Assembly (NCBI GenBank): GCA_963735175.1
Contig: CAVTJX010000015.1
Span: 1,657 to 65,656 of the forward strand
From: an uncultured bacterium
GTDB lineage: Bacteria; Electryoneota; RPQS01
Direction: 5' to 3'
DNA length: 64,000 nt
Within the stretch, counting starts at the first letter, position 1. Each line of letters begins with the position of its first letter. Both the position numbers and the translations under genes were made by a program. The notes under the pieces were generated by a model. That model worked only from the letters and a program-made list of their open reading frames with translations, made no database searches and had not been told where the DNA came from. Shown here piece after piece: positions 47,284 to 57,401 of this stretch.

Positions 47284-49911
47284 ATGCGCAAAGCCAAGTC
47301 TTCCGGCCGACGCCAAATGGGGGGCAAAAAGCTTCCGACCTGGCTACTCGGTCTGTTGGTGGTCGCTTTAGCGGGATTCATTTTCGCCGGGCCGCGGCTG
47401 TTGGCGCAGCAACCGGGGGGATCGACACCGGTACCCGTCGGCCAGGTTGTGGGAACTCCCGCACCTGCCGCGGCAGAACATGGCGGCGGCGAGGCGATCC
47501 AGCTGCCCTTCGGCGACGACGCGTGGCTGCCGCTGTATATCGTGCTTGGCGCGCGCGCTCGTGGCCCTGGCCTTCGGCGCGTACTGGTGGAAGAAGACGA
47601 TGAAGCAGGATCCCGGCAGCGAGCGCATGCAGGGCGTGGCCGCGGCGGTGCAGGAAGGCGCGATGGCCTACCTGGCGCGCCAGGTGAAGACGATGATCCC
47701 GCTGGTCATCGTCATCGGCATCGGCCTCTTCTTCCTCTACAAGAACCAGTATGCCTTTATGGAAGCCCACGAGCCGGGGATCTCGATGACCCTTGGCGCT
47801 CGGCGTTGCCATCGCGTTCCTGCTGGGCGTGACCGCGTCGTACCTCGCCGGCTATGTCGGCATGGGCGTGGCGGTGCGCGGCAACGTGCGCGTGGCCAAC
47901 GCGGCGCTGTCGCAGCTTCAAGAGCGCGCTGGAGATCGCCTTCCAGGCGGGCGCGGTGTCCGGCATGTTCACCGTCGGCCTCGGCCTGCTCGGCGCGACG
48001 ATCACCTTCATGATCTTCCAGCAGAACGCGATGTTCGTGCTGGTCGGCTTCGGCTTCGGCGGCATCGCTGGCCGCGCTCTTCATGCGCGTCGGCGGCGGC
48101 ATCTTCACCAAGGCCGCGGACGTCGGCGCCGACCTGGTCGGCAAGGTGGAAGCCGGCATTCCCGAGGACGACCCGCGCAACGCGGCGACCATCGCCGACA
48201 ACGTGGGCGACAACGTCGGCGACTGCGCCGGTATGGCGGCGGACGTCTTCGAGTCCTACGAAGTGACGCTGGTGGCGGCGATCATCCTCGCCGCCGCCGT
48301 GGGTCAGCACGCTGCAGGCCAACGGCTTCGGCGGCTGATCGCTGCGGGCAACTCGTTCACGGCGGTCTTCACGCTGAAGCTCGTCATCTACGCGCTGCTC
48401 GTGCGCGCCGTCGGCGTCGTCGCCTCCATCATCGGCATCCTGGCCGTGCGCGGCAAGGACGATCCGAACATGAACCCGATGAAGCCGATCAACACGGCTT
48501 CTTCGTCTCAGCGCGATCATCGCCACGTCTGGGCTTCCTCGTGGTGTCCTACGTGGGTCTTCGGCACGACGACATCCGCCGCCGGTTCCGGCCGGCGTCG
48601 AGCGCTGATCTGTCGCTGCACAGCATCCTCGGCAACTTCTGGTGGCTGGCGTTCCTCGCCACCTTCATCGGCATCGTGCTGACGCAGGTGATCGGCAAGA
48701 TCACCGAGTACTTCACCGCGGTCGAGCAAGAAGCCGGTGACGGAGATCGCCGTCTCGGCGCAGCACCGGCCCGGCGACGCTGATCCTCGCCGGCCTGTCC
48801 GAAGGGCTGGAGTCCTCCGTGTGGGGCATCCTGGCCATCGCCGCGACCATCTACGGCGCGTTCATGCTCTTCCCCGATCCGGCGATGGCCGCCTACGCCA
48901 TCGCGCTGGCCGGTCTCGGCCTGCTGGCCACCACCGGCTACGTGCTGGCGATGGACACCTACGGGCCGATCTCCGACAACGCCAACGGCATCTTCGAGAT
49001 GTCCGGCGCGCTGAAGAATGCCGACGGCACCGAGAACAAGGCCGCGCACAACATCGTGGCGCGCCTCGACATGGTCGGCAACACGACCAAGGCGCTGACC
49101 AAGGGCTTCGCCATCGCCACCGCGGTCATCGCCGCCGTCGTCGCTGTACCGCTCGTTCCTCGACACCGGTGGCGCGTGAAGGATCGCGGCCGATTCTCGA
49201 CGCGCAACATCCAGGTGAACCTGCCCGACGTGTTCATCGGCCTGCTGATCGGCGGCGCGGTGCCGTTCCTCTTCTCCAGCTTCGCCATCCGCGCGGTCTC
49301 CCGCGCGGCGGTGCAGCTCGTGGAAGAAGTGCGCCGCCAGTTCCGCACGATCCCGGGCATCTGGGAATACACCGGCGTGGGCGAGAAGGGCAAGCCGGAC
49401 TACGCCCGCTGCGTGGCCATCTCCACCGCGGCGGCGCAGAAGGAACTGCTCGGCCCCGGCCTGCTGGCCGTCTTCTCCCCGATCCTCGTCGGCTTCTGGC
49501 TCGGCGCCTACGCGCTGGGCGGCTTCCTCGCCGGCGCCATTCTCGCCGGCCAGCTGATGGCGGTGTTCATGACCAACACCGGCGGCGCCTGGGACAACGC
49601 CAAGAAGAAGATCGAAGACGGCTTCCTCGGCGGCAAGGGCTCCGAGGCGCACAAGGCCGGCGTCATCGGCGACACCGTCGGCGATCCGTTGAAGGACACC
49701 GCCGGCCCGGCGCTGAACCCGATGATCAAGGTGATGAACCTGGTGGCGATCCTCGATCGCGCCGTCCACCGTGGTGCTGAAAGGCTCAGCGGCAGGCTGG
49801 GTGCTGACGGTCATTGCCCTGGCCGTGTTGACGGGCGCAATCCTGTTCTCGAAGCGCGGCGGCGTGTCGCACTCGGAAGACAGTTCCAGCGCGGTACAAA
49901 GACAGCATTAA
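47284..49911 (+). CDS. hppA: Membrane-bound H+/Na+-translocating pyrophosphatase; at least 10 frame changes
   Basis: Fragments across all three plus frames read [21 protein letters not shown]-like [101 protein letters not shown] and [22 protein letters not shown]. The stop in the last recovered frame is TAA 49909..49911. Confidence 0.9.
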
Positions 49912-50004
49912 CGAACCTGATGTTCGACGCGTAGCGCTTCGCCTTCGAGGACCGCGCGCGAAGACGCGCATGCTGCGGTATCGAGAAGGCTAGGGTGAAT
50001 ACAA

Positions 50005-50039
50005 AACGGGCGGCTCCGCGAGGGGCCGCCCGTTTTTTT
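50005..50039 (+). terminator. Rho-independent terminator of hppA
   Basis: AACGGGCGGC-N10-GCCGCCCGTT followed by TTTTTT. Confidence 0.85.
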
Positions 50040-50131
50040 AGCGAAGGATCTTATGTCTGGCAGAGGGCGGGTCGCGCGGGAATCCGCAAGAGCCAGGCGG
50101 TATAGGTAGTGCCGCTTGACCCGCCCCTACG

Positions 50132-50208
50132 CCTCTTTCTACGGGGCCTGTCAGGATTTCAGGAAATACACGACCCCTCTTTCATACGGGTCTGTCGGAA
50201 TTTCAGGA
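50132..50208. repeat. Two direct ~33-nt repeats spaced 44 nt (CCTCTTTCTACGGGGCCTGTCAGGATTTCAGGA and CCTCTTTCATACGGGTCTGTCGGAATTTCAGGA)
   Basis: Read directly. The second copy overlaps the rubrerythrin stop codon. Confidence 0.75.
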
Positions 50209-50850
50209 GATGCGTTCGAGTTTGGTTTTCGGAGCGTTGCAGCAGGGGCATTTCGCTTTGGCATTCCGCGAGACGGAACCGCAATCCGGGCAAACGTAGA
50301 ACTCGGCTCCGGTGGCCGTGTAGTTGTTCAAATCCTGCAGAACCTGCTCATACCACATGCGGTGTGAGGCTTCGGAATCGCGGATGCGTTTGAAGAGTCG
50401 CACCGCCTCGGTGTTCTTCTCGCGCTCGGCACGCTCAATGAACTTGGGATACATTTCGGACTGCTCAAAGAGCTGATCGCTCAGCGCGATCTCCGCATTC
50501 TCGCGAGTGGACGTGGCGGGGGCATAGTCCGCGGACGAAATATCCACGCTGCATGCCTTGCCACTCAGACCCGCGAGCAAAGTTGAGTGCACCTGTTCGG
50601 CGCGGGCAATGGCGCGGAACATGGCGGCCACCTGATGAAATCCCTCGTCGTCCGCTTTCGCGGCGTAGCCGGAATACTCCGCGTGCGCCTGCACTTCGGA
50701 AACGCAAGCGAACTGCAGATTCTCCAGCGTGGAACCCACTCGAACATCGCGCTCAGCCGGTACCCTGTCTTTCCCCGAGGCGGTCGTCAGCAGCACTGTC
50801 GTCAGTAAGATCACGCCGATAATACCGGTCAGATACATGCGCGCGCGCAT
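50203..50850 (-). CDS. Rubrerythrin-family protein with an N-terminal hydrophobic signal/anchor segment
   Basis: Intact 215-aa ORF with the ferritin-like di-iron helices (EVQAHAEY, ARAEQVH, FIERAEREKN, RDSEASH) and the C-terminal rubredoxin-like CPDCG...CPCC. The N-terminus is MRARMYLTGIIGVILLTTVLLTTASG. Confidence 0.82.
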   Translation of the reverse strand: MRARMYLTGIIGVILLTTVLLTTASGKDRVPAERDVRVGSTLENLQFACVSEVQAHAEYSGYAAKADDEGFHQVAAMFRAIARAEQVHSTLLAGLSGKACSVDISSADYAPATSTRENAEIALSDQLFEQSEMYPKFIERAEREKNTEAVRLFKRIRDSEASHRMWYEQVLQDLNNYTATGAEFYVCPDCGSVSRNAKAKCPCCNAPKTKLERIS

Positions 50851-51274
50851 AAGACCTCCATTTCAGATTTCTTCCTATCCGCGATTCGTAAAAGACCGGC
50901 ACGGCAACGAAACTGCTCCGGGCGGGGCATTTTGGTTGCTGTATCGGTGGATATTCCGCGTAACGAGATCAATGTATAACTAAGCCGATCACACGACATT
51001 GACATCTGTTATTGAGAAAAATTAATACACTTCTTGTTGATAAACAAGCGGGTGAGACAGCCCATGATTGAGAGTCTGGAGAATTATAGATCCGTGGCGT
51101 CGTTTTGTATCCCACCATAGGCTGGAGTGATACTGACCAGAGGTGACTGTTAGACCAGAGAATCTGCGTTGCGGCGAGAATTTAAGCCAAAAATAGTGGA
51201 GGCAAATTCGCGGAGATTCAGAAGGAAGACCGTTTATGATGCATTCGAGCATGTGTCCGGCTTTCAGGTAACCC

Positions 51275-51310
51275 AAAAAATAGCGGGCGACTCCGATGAG
51301 GTCGCCCGCT
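51275..51310 (-). terminator. Rho-independent terminator ending the EamA/ABC importer operon
   Basis: Minus strand reads AGCGGGCGAC-CTCATCGGA-GTCGCCCGCT followed by ATTTTTTGGG. Confidence 0.8.
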
Positions 51311-51378
51311 TGCATTCAGAAGACACCGCAAGCCTCCAGATAGAGTCCGGGACAAGCTGCATTTCTCTGAGAGATATA

Positions 51379-52189
51379 TTATTTTCGATAGGGTCCGAAT
51401 AACCGCCCGATCAGAAACAGCGTCACCAGGGCGAGGACAATCGTGGCGCCGGCGGGAGCGTTCAAGACAATTGCCACCACGATTCCGGACAGCGCGGAGA
51501 TCAACGCCAGGACGACGGCTAATCCGGCCACACGGGCCGGGCGAGCGGACCAGAATCCCGACGCCGTCGCGGGAACAACCAGAAACGCGCCCACCAGCAG
51601 GATGCCGACAATTTTCATGGCGATGGCAACCGTCAGGGCGAGGGCGAGCAGCAGGCCGTAACGGATGATTTCGACCGGGTAACCGGCCACCGCCGCGCCC
51701 TCGGGATCGAAAGCGAAGAGCAGCAGGATTTTCCAGAAGACCAGGGCCACAACGGCAATGGCGAGCACCAGCGCGCCCAAGGCGTAGAAGATCGGCGGGC
51801 AGCACAGCTACGAGGCTGCCGAAGAGATAGCCCTCGAGGTTCATCATGTAACCGCGCTTCAAGGAAACGAGCACGAGGCCAATGGCCAGCGCGGCGGAAA
51901 GCGTGACGCCGATGGCGCTGTCCTCACTCACCTGTTCACGGCGGGTGATCCACCCCACTCCGAGGCTGACAAGAATCGCCACGGCCACGGCGGGCCAGAC
52001 GACCGGCATGTTCAACAAGACCCCGATGCCCACTCCGGCGATCATGGAATGCGCCACGCCGTGTCCCATGAACGCAAGCTTACGCTGCACGACGAAAAAC
52101 GACAGAATGCCGCAGCCGATGCCGAGCAGCGCCGCCGCGAGGATGGCGCGGAGCACGAAGGCCTGGGTGAGAAGATCGGTGAGACTCAT
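51379..52189 (-). CDS. ABC-3-family metal (Zn/Mn) importer permease; one frame change near 51790
   Basis: MSLTDLLTQAFVLRAILAAALLGIGCGILSFFVVQRKLAFMGHGVAHS (ORF 51218..52432 frame) continues in ORF 51379..51780. This is typical of ZnuB/MntB-like proteins. Confidence 0.8.
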
Positions 52190-52977
52190 GAGGTATGATG
52201 GTGTTCGCCCAGCACCACGTGCGGCAGCGCGTGCGGACTGTGGAAGAGCAATTCCGCCGGGCAGCCATAAGCTTGTTCGATGGCCTCGCCGGTCAGCCGC
52301 TCGGGGCGGTCGTGGAAGTGCAGGCGACCGTTGAGACAGGCGAGCTTGTCGGCGAGCGGCGCGATCACGCCGATATCGTGCGTAACGAGAATGACGGTCA
52401 ATCCCGATTCCTTGCGCCAGCGGGAAATCCATTCGAGGAGCAGGTCTTGACCGTGAGCATCGACACCGACCGTGGGCTCGTCGAGGAACAGCAGCTCGGG
52501 CCGCGCCGCGAGCGCCCGGGCCACAAAGATCCGCTGCTTCTGGCCGCCCGAGAGCTGCCAGAGCGGGCGGTCGGCAAAGGGTGACGCGCCGACGAGCGAG
52601 AGCGCTTCTTCCACGCGATCGCGACGCTCGGCAAGCTTCAGTTTCGGGCCGCCGAAGACGTAGGTGCCGAGTTCCACGATTTCCCGGGCACGGATCGGAA
52701 AGCGCAGCGGGTAATCGCGATTCTGCGGTACGACTCCGACCCGCTGCCGCCAGACGCGGCTGACCAGAGGGTCTTCGCCAAAGATGCGGATGTTCCCCTT
52801 GTAGCCCTTCTCCAAGCCGAGCAGAATCCGCAGCAGCGTGGTCTTGCCGCCGCCGTTGGGACCGATCACACCCAAAAATTCGCCCGGCTGCACCTGAAAG
52901 GAAACATCCTCCAAAACGGGCTGTTCGTCATAGGCAAAGCTGAGATGCTGGACATCGATAATCGGCGGCGGATTCAT
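52186..52977 (-). CDS. Metal ABC importer ATP-binding protein (ZnuC-like)
   Basis: ATG at 52977 (MNPPPIIDVQHLSFAY). Motifs GPNGGGKTT, LSGGQKQRIFVARAL and [12 protein letters not shown], with a His-rich C-terminus EHHHTS. Confidence 0.85.
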   Translation of the reverse strand: MNPPPIIDVQHLSFAYDEQPVLEDVSFQVQPGEFLGVIGPNGGGKTTLLRILLGLEKGYKGNIRIFGEDPLVSRVWRQRVGVVPQNRDYPLRFPIRAREIVELGTYVFGGPKLKLAERRDRVEEALSLVGASPFADRPLWQLSGGQKQRIFVARALAARPELLFLDEPTVGVDAHGQDLLLEWISRWRKESGLTVILVTHDIGVIAPLADKLACLNGRLHFHDRPERLTGEAIEQAYGCPAELLFHSPHALPHVVLGEHHHTS

Positions 52978-53973
52978 GCGGTTTTCGTTTCGGTTAGCGC
53001 CACGACAGCCGGGCGTTCCAGAACAATAAAAAGGATGCAGGCGATGATGAGCGCGCCGCCGGCCAGCGTCTGCCAGCTCGCGGCTTCGTTCAGAAATATC
53101 GCCGCCATGATTGTCGCACCCACGGGCTCGCCGAGGATCGCGGCATTCACGACGAACGCGCGCAAGTGCGCCGACGGCATAGGTGAGCAGCGAATGACCG
53201 AGCAGCGTGGGCAGCAATCCCAGCAGCAGCAACCCGACCCACGTTTGCGGCGTGTAATGCGCCACATTCGTTCCCGTCAGTGCAATGATGAGAATGAGGA
53301 ACACGGAACCAGAGGCGTGAACGATGAGCATGAAGGGTACGAGCGGCACGCGTTGCCGCAGCCGTCGCGCGGCGAGGGTATAGAGCGAAGCCAACAGCGC
53401 CGCGAGCAGGGCGAGCAAATTTCCCAGCAGCGGATTGAGCGCCTCGGCATTGCCGGCCACGGGTTTGGAGAAGGTGATGATCGCCATCCCCAGAATCGCG
53501 CCCGCCACGGCCAACCAACTGCGCGCGGACACGTGTTCGCGAATGAGCAGCCCGCCCAGGAGCGCGGTGAAAATGGGCTGGGTACTGGTGAGAAACGTAC
53601 TCGCCGCCACCGACGTATAGCTCAAGCTGGTGATAAAGCAAATCTGGTGCGTGGCAATCACCGTGGTCGCCGCGGCAATCAAGCCCAGTTCACGGGCGCG
53701 AATCCGCAGCAGTTGCTCCCGATACCTGGACAGCAGCAAGACTGGTAAAAAGGCCAGCCCGGCGATCGCCCCGCGCCAGAACGCGGCGGCGAGTGGCGGC
53801 GCGTCGCCCAAGGGGGCAATCGCCAACCGGACAAAAATCGCGGATGACGAAACAGCCATCACAGCCGGAAGTAGCGAGAGGCGTGCGCTTTGCGTAGAGT
53901 TCACAGGAAGGGGAGCCCGCCGAGGTCCGCCAGCCACCGGTCTGAAGACGACTGGCCGCGGTTGCCGGACCAT
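52974..53973 (-). CDS. EamA/DMT-family transporter; one frame change near 53180
   Basis: The N-terminal part is in ORF 52186..54027 (ATG at 53973 fits the promoter position). The C-terminus ...FLNEAASWQTLAGGALIIACILFIVLE is in ORF 52974..53267. Confidence 0.7.
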
Positions 53974-53998
53974 GTTGAAGGTTTTTCTTAGATTATGC

Positions 53999-54027
53999 AA
54001 TATACGAAAAGCGCTTCTCGCGTGCAA
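53999..54027 (-). promoter_or_regulatory. Sigma-70-like promoter for the EamA / metal ABC operon
   Basis: Minus strand reads TTGCAC-17 nt-TATATT, about 25 nt upstream of the ATG at 53973. Confidence 0.6.
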
Positions 54028-54061
54028 GGCGTCGGGGTTTCAGCCTCGCTACTTGCATATA

Positions 54062-54076
54062 ACTAAATATTTTAGT
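54062..54076. promoter_or_regulatory. AT-rich palindrome ACTAAA-TAT-TTTAGT in the divergent intergenic region
   Basis: Perfect 6-3-6 inverted repeat. It lies in the spacer of a possible plus-strand promoter (TTGCAT 54053..54058, TAGTTT 54076..54081). Confidence 0.35.
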
Positions 54077-54117
54077 AGTTTGCTTTAAACCTCGGATCCA
54101 TAAGGGGAGTCCTACGC

Positions 54118-55360
54118 ATGACCCCGCGTCGCGTCTTCTGCACGGCCATTGCCATCGTCCTTTGCACTGTGCCGCTTTTTGCGCAAAACCTCGCACTGCG
54201 CGGCAGCTTGGCCCTCACGGGCTGCACCGCCGTCGATGCCACCCAAAGCGTCGTTTATGCCGCCTATAATGGGACAGTTGCGGTAATCAGTGTGGAAGAT
54301 CCCGACCATCCCGCGCTGATCGGTCAAGTGTCCTCGGGAGTCGCTGCGATCAACAGCATCGAGGCCGAGGGGAATTATGTATATTGTGCCGGGGGAAGCA
54401 GCGGAATCGCCATCATTGACGTTTCCACGCCCGCCGAACCGACAGTGGTGCGGCTGTACTCCCTGTCTGGAGCCAATGTGGTGGCTGTCGCCGCCCGCGA
54501 TACACTCGTCGCGGTGGCAATGCCAACGTCTGTGGCCTTGATCGGCGTCCGTGATCCTGCTCACCCACACTTACTGGCAAGCTATGGACGGGCGGCGTCG
54601 TGGATTGAATTCCAGCCCGACTCGCTGCGCCTGCACATGGGCAGTTCGACCGGTGTCTTCTCGCTCCGCATCACACCGGCCACGGGCACGCTTGCTCCTG
54701 CCGGCCAATATGGCACGACGCCAATGAGTCCGCTGGCCTGTGTCGGTCCTTATGTGGATGCGGCACGGGGAGCGGCGCTGACCGCATTAGAGACCGCCGA
54801 TTACACTACGGCCGGTGAGCGGCAGACAGACGCGGCCGTCCGCGCCGTAGCGGGGATTCATACCAGCTCCAGCGATAAGATGTTTATCGCGCTCGCCAAT
54901 GGCATGGTGGAATATCTGCGCCACCAGGCGGGATCGGGAGCGCCGGTGTTTGTCGCGGGCGCCACGTTGACCGCGCCGGGCAACGGCCTGGCAATGGCGC
55001 AGTCCGGCACACAGTCCCTCGGTAATCGCCTCGCACACCAACGGCCTGTCCGTTCTGGTCTATGACGCCGCGCCGGTGACACCGCAGCCGGTCGCGGCGA
55101 AGCCGCAATCGCTGGCGCTGAGCGCTTATCCCAATCCGTTCAACTCGGTGGCGGCCTTGCGCATGGAAGTTCCACGGCCCGGACTTTACCAATTAGCCAT
55201 TTACGATCTGCTGGGCCGTGAAGTACATAGCGAAACGCGGTTGCTGACCGGAACCAGCACCCAGCGCATGGACTTCTCCGCCGGCGCCGCCGGGAGCTAT
55301 CTTCGTCCGGCTCGCCGGTCCCGAAAGCGCCGCCACGGTGAAGCTGCTGTACCTGCCGTA
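54118..55360 (+). CDS. Secreted repeat protein with a Por/T9SS C-terminal sorting domain; two frame changes
   Basis: Signal peptide MTPRRVFCTAIAIVLCTVPLFAQ. Repeated ...VYAA/VAVISV/IAIIDV/LVAVA... strands (beta-propeller-like). The C-terminus LSAYPNPFNSVAALRMEVPRPGLYQLAIYDLLGREV...VKLLYLP* is recovered in two further frames. Confidence 0.75.
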
Positions 55361-55367
55361 ACGAAGA

Positions 55368-55392
55368 GGGCGGGTCTAAGACCCGCCCCTAC
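55368..55392 (-). repeat. REP-like element (minus strand GTAGGGGCGGGTCTTAGACCCGCCC)
   Basis: GTAG head plus a perfect stem GGGCGGGTC/GACCCGCCC. Confidence 0.8.
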
Positions 55393-55420
55393 ATTCGAAT
55401 TCCATTCTCGATTCCCGCCA

Positions 55421-55741
55421 ATGACATTTCTGCAACTCCTCGTTGAGGCCGTCCTTTATTACGGGGCCTGCTCGCTTGTCGCCCGCAGCCGTGAGGACGC
55501 GCCCGGCTTGATTCGCGTATTTCTCACGGTCCTGCTGCTGACATTTATATCGGGCGGATTAAAGGCCGTGATCGGCGATTTCTGGTTGAGCCACGGCCTC
55601 GTTTTCATTCTGAGTTTCTTCGTTCTGTGGATTGGCCTGGGAATTGGTTTCTTCCGGACGATCATCGCGGCCATTGTCGTGATGCTGCTGCGTTCGCTGC
55701 TCGAAGCGGTCTTTGCCCGGGGCGGCGGTCTGATGGCCTGA
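55421..55741 (+). CDS. Small integral membrane protein (106 aa)
   Basis: ATG at 55421 with three or four hydrophobic segments. No family recognised. Confidence 0.5.
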   Translation: MTFLQLLVEAVLYYGACSLVARSREDAPGLIRVFLTVLLLTFISGGLKAVIGDFWLSHGLVFILSFFVLWIGLGIGFFRTIIAAIVVMLLRSLLEAVFARGGGLMA

Positions 55742-55816
55742 CCGGCCATCCAATTGAAAGTGGATTTCGAAGTTCTCACGCCGGCTGTGCCGGTGTTAAA
55801 CGGAAAAGGGCCGGAT

Positions 55817-57341
55817 ATGACGCATCGTCCCATCTTGCTATTGTTCTTACTCCTCCTGTTGGCGGGATTGCTGCCGGGAACACCGCCTGTCGCGTGGGCT
55901 CAGACGCCGGGGACATCCGGCTCCTCGGATCACGAACCGATAGCGCAATTGAGCGCCCGCGCGGGGGACGCCCTCGATTCCGCGCGGAAGGAAAACCTCG
56001 ATCTACTTGCGCCCCACCACTTCGGACGGGCACAGGCCGCGTATGACGAGGCCCGCACGCTGATCGAACGCAAACGCGAAGAAGAGTTGATTCACATCAA
56101 GCTGAAGCTGACGCTCGACGAAGTCGACGCCGCCCGCCGCACGGCAACAGACTCGCGCAAGCGATTAGGCGAGGTGCTCGCGGCGCGCACAGCGGCGCAG
56201 GCCGCGGGTTCCGATACCCTCAGCGGAAACCTGTGGAAACGCACAGAAGACCGTTTTCGGGGTTTACTGCGTGACGTCGAGCGCGATCCAGCGGCCGCGG
56301 ATTCGCAGTCGGTCAACGAGATGGCGGGGGCTTACCGCGCCGCGCGCCGCGACGCCCTGCGCAGTTGGATTTTAAAAGATGCCCGCGAGCGGGTCGACGC
56401 CGTCGAACGCCGGGGTGGGACACGCACCGTGCCTTCGCTGGTGTTGCGGGCGCAACAGGCCATCAGCCGCGCCGAGGCAGACCTCGCCCAGGAAAATCTG
56501 GACGGGGCGCGCGATGAAGCGCAAGTCGCCATCCGCACATCGGCGCATGCGTTGGCACTCATGAATTATATCGCCTCGTGCCAGAAGGCCAAACAGCCCT
56601 GGGAAAGCGCGCTGCTGCCGTATGACGACATACTGACCGAAGTGGCCACTCGTCTTGGCGATACGCTGGATCTTTCGCGCGGGGGCGCTGCGACCGGGCC
56701 GCAGATCTTCGCTTTCATCACCGCGCGCCAGGAATCGCTGGTCACGCAGGTCGCGCATCAGGCGCAGACTTTGAAGTCGCTGGAAGGATCGCTGGCCGAG
56801 GCTCAGACCAATCTGGCCGATGCTCAAGGCCGGATCTCGGAACTTGAGCGCCGGTTGCAAGCTGCTGAGGGTGAACGCAGTTCCGCCCGCCAAACACTGC
56901 AGAAGAGCGGCGAAACCACCGACCGCATCGCTCGCGCGCAGGATCTGTTTAAGCCGGGCGAAGCGGTCATCCTGCAAAACGCCGACGCCACGGTCACAAT
57001 TCGGCTGACCGGGCTGAAATATGGCTCGGGCGCAACAAATCTTGATCCGGCACGTCAGAAGGTTATGGACAGGGCCATTCAGGCAATCGGCCAATTTCCC
57101 GGCGCCGAAATTCGCGTGGAAGGCCACACCGACTCAGTCGGACGTGACGACGACAATCAGAAACTTCTCCGAATCCCGGGCCAAGGCGGTGGCCGCCTAT
57201 CTTGTCCAGAAATTGAAAATTAAACTGGAACAGATTCCGTTCCAGGGATTCGGTGAAACGCGCCCATTAGCGACGAACGAGACGGCCGAGGGCCGCGCCC
57301 GCAATCGCCGCATCGACATTGTACTAACCCTGCCGCGCTAA
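55817..57341 (+). CDS. OmpA-family protein with a long N-terminal helical/coiled-coil region; one frame change near 57170
   Basis: Signal peptide MTHRPILLLFLLLLLAGLL. An Ala/Arg/Glu-rich helical region follows. The C-terminal OmpA_C motifs are IRVEGHTDSVG.DDDNQKL and SESRAKAVAAYL...GFGETRPLATNETAEGRARNRRIDIVL (ORF 57021..57341). Confidence 0.8.
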
Positions 57342-57401
57342 CCAGGATTTTACCAGGCGGGTTTCGAACCTTTTCCATTTCGACGTTTGACAGGAGTGAT
57401 T

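Noticed and set aside
51022-51315. 97-aa minus ORF (and the 77-aa plus ORF 51169..51402) in the AT-rich gap
   Set aside because: Both run through the operon terminator hairpin and have no motifs. The region is treated as non-coding.
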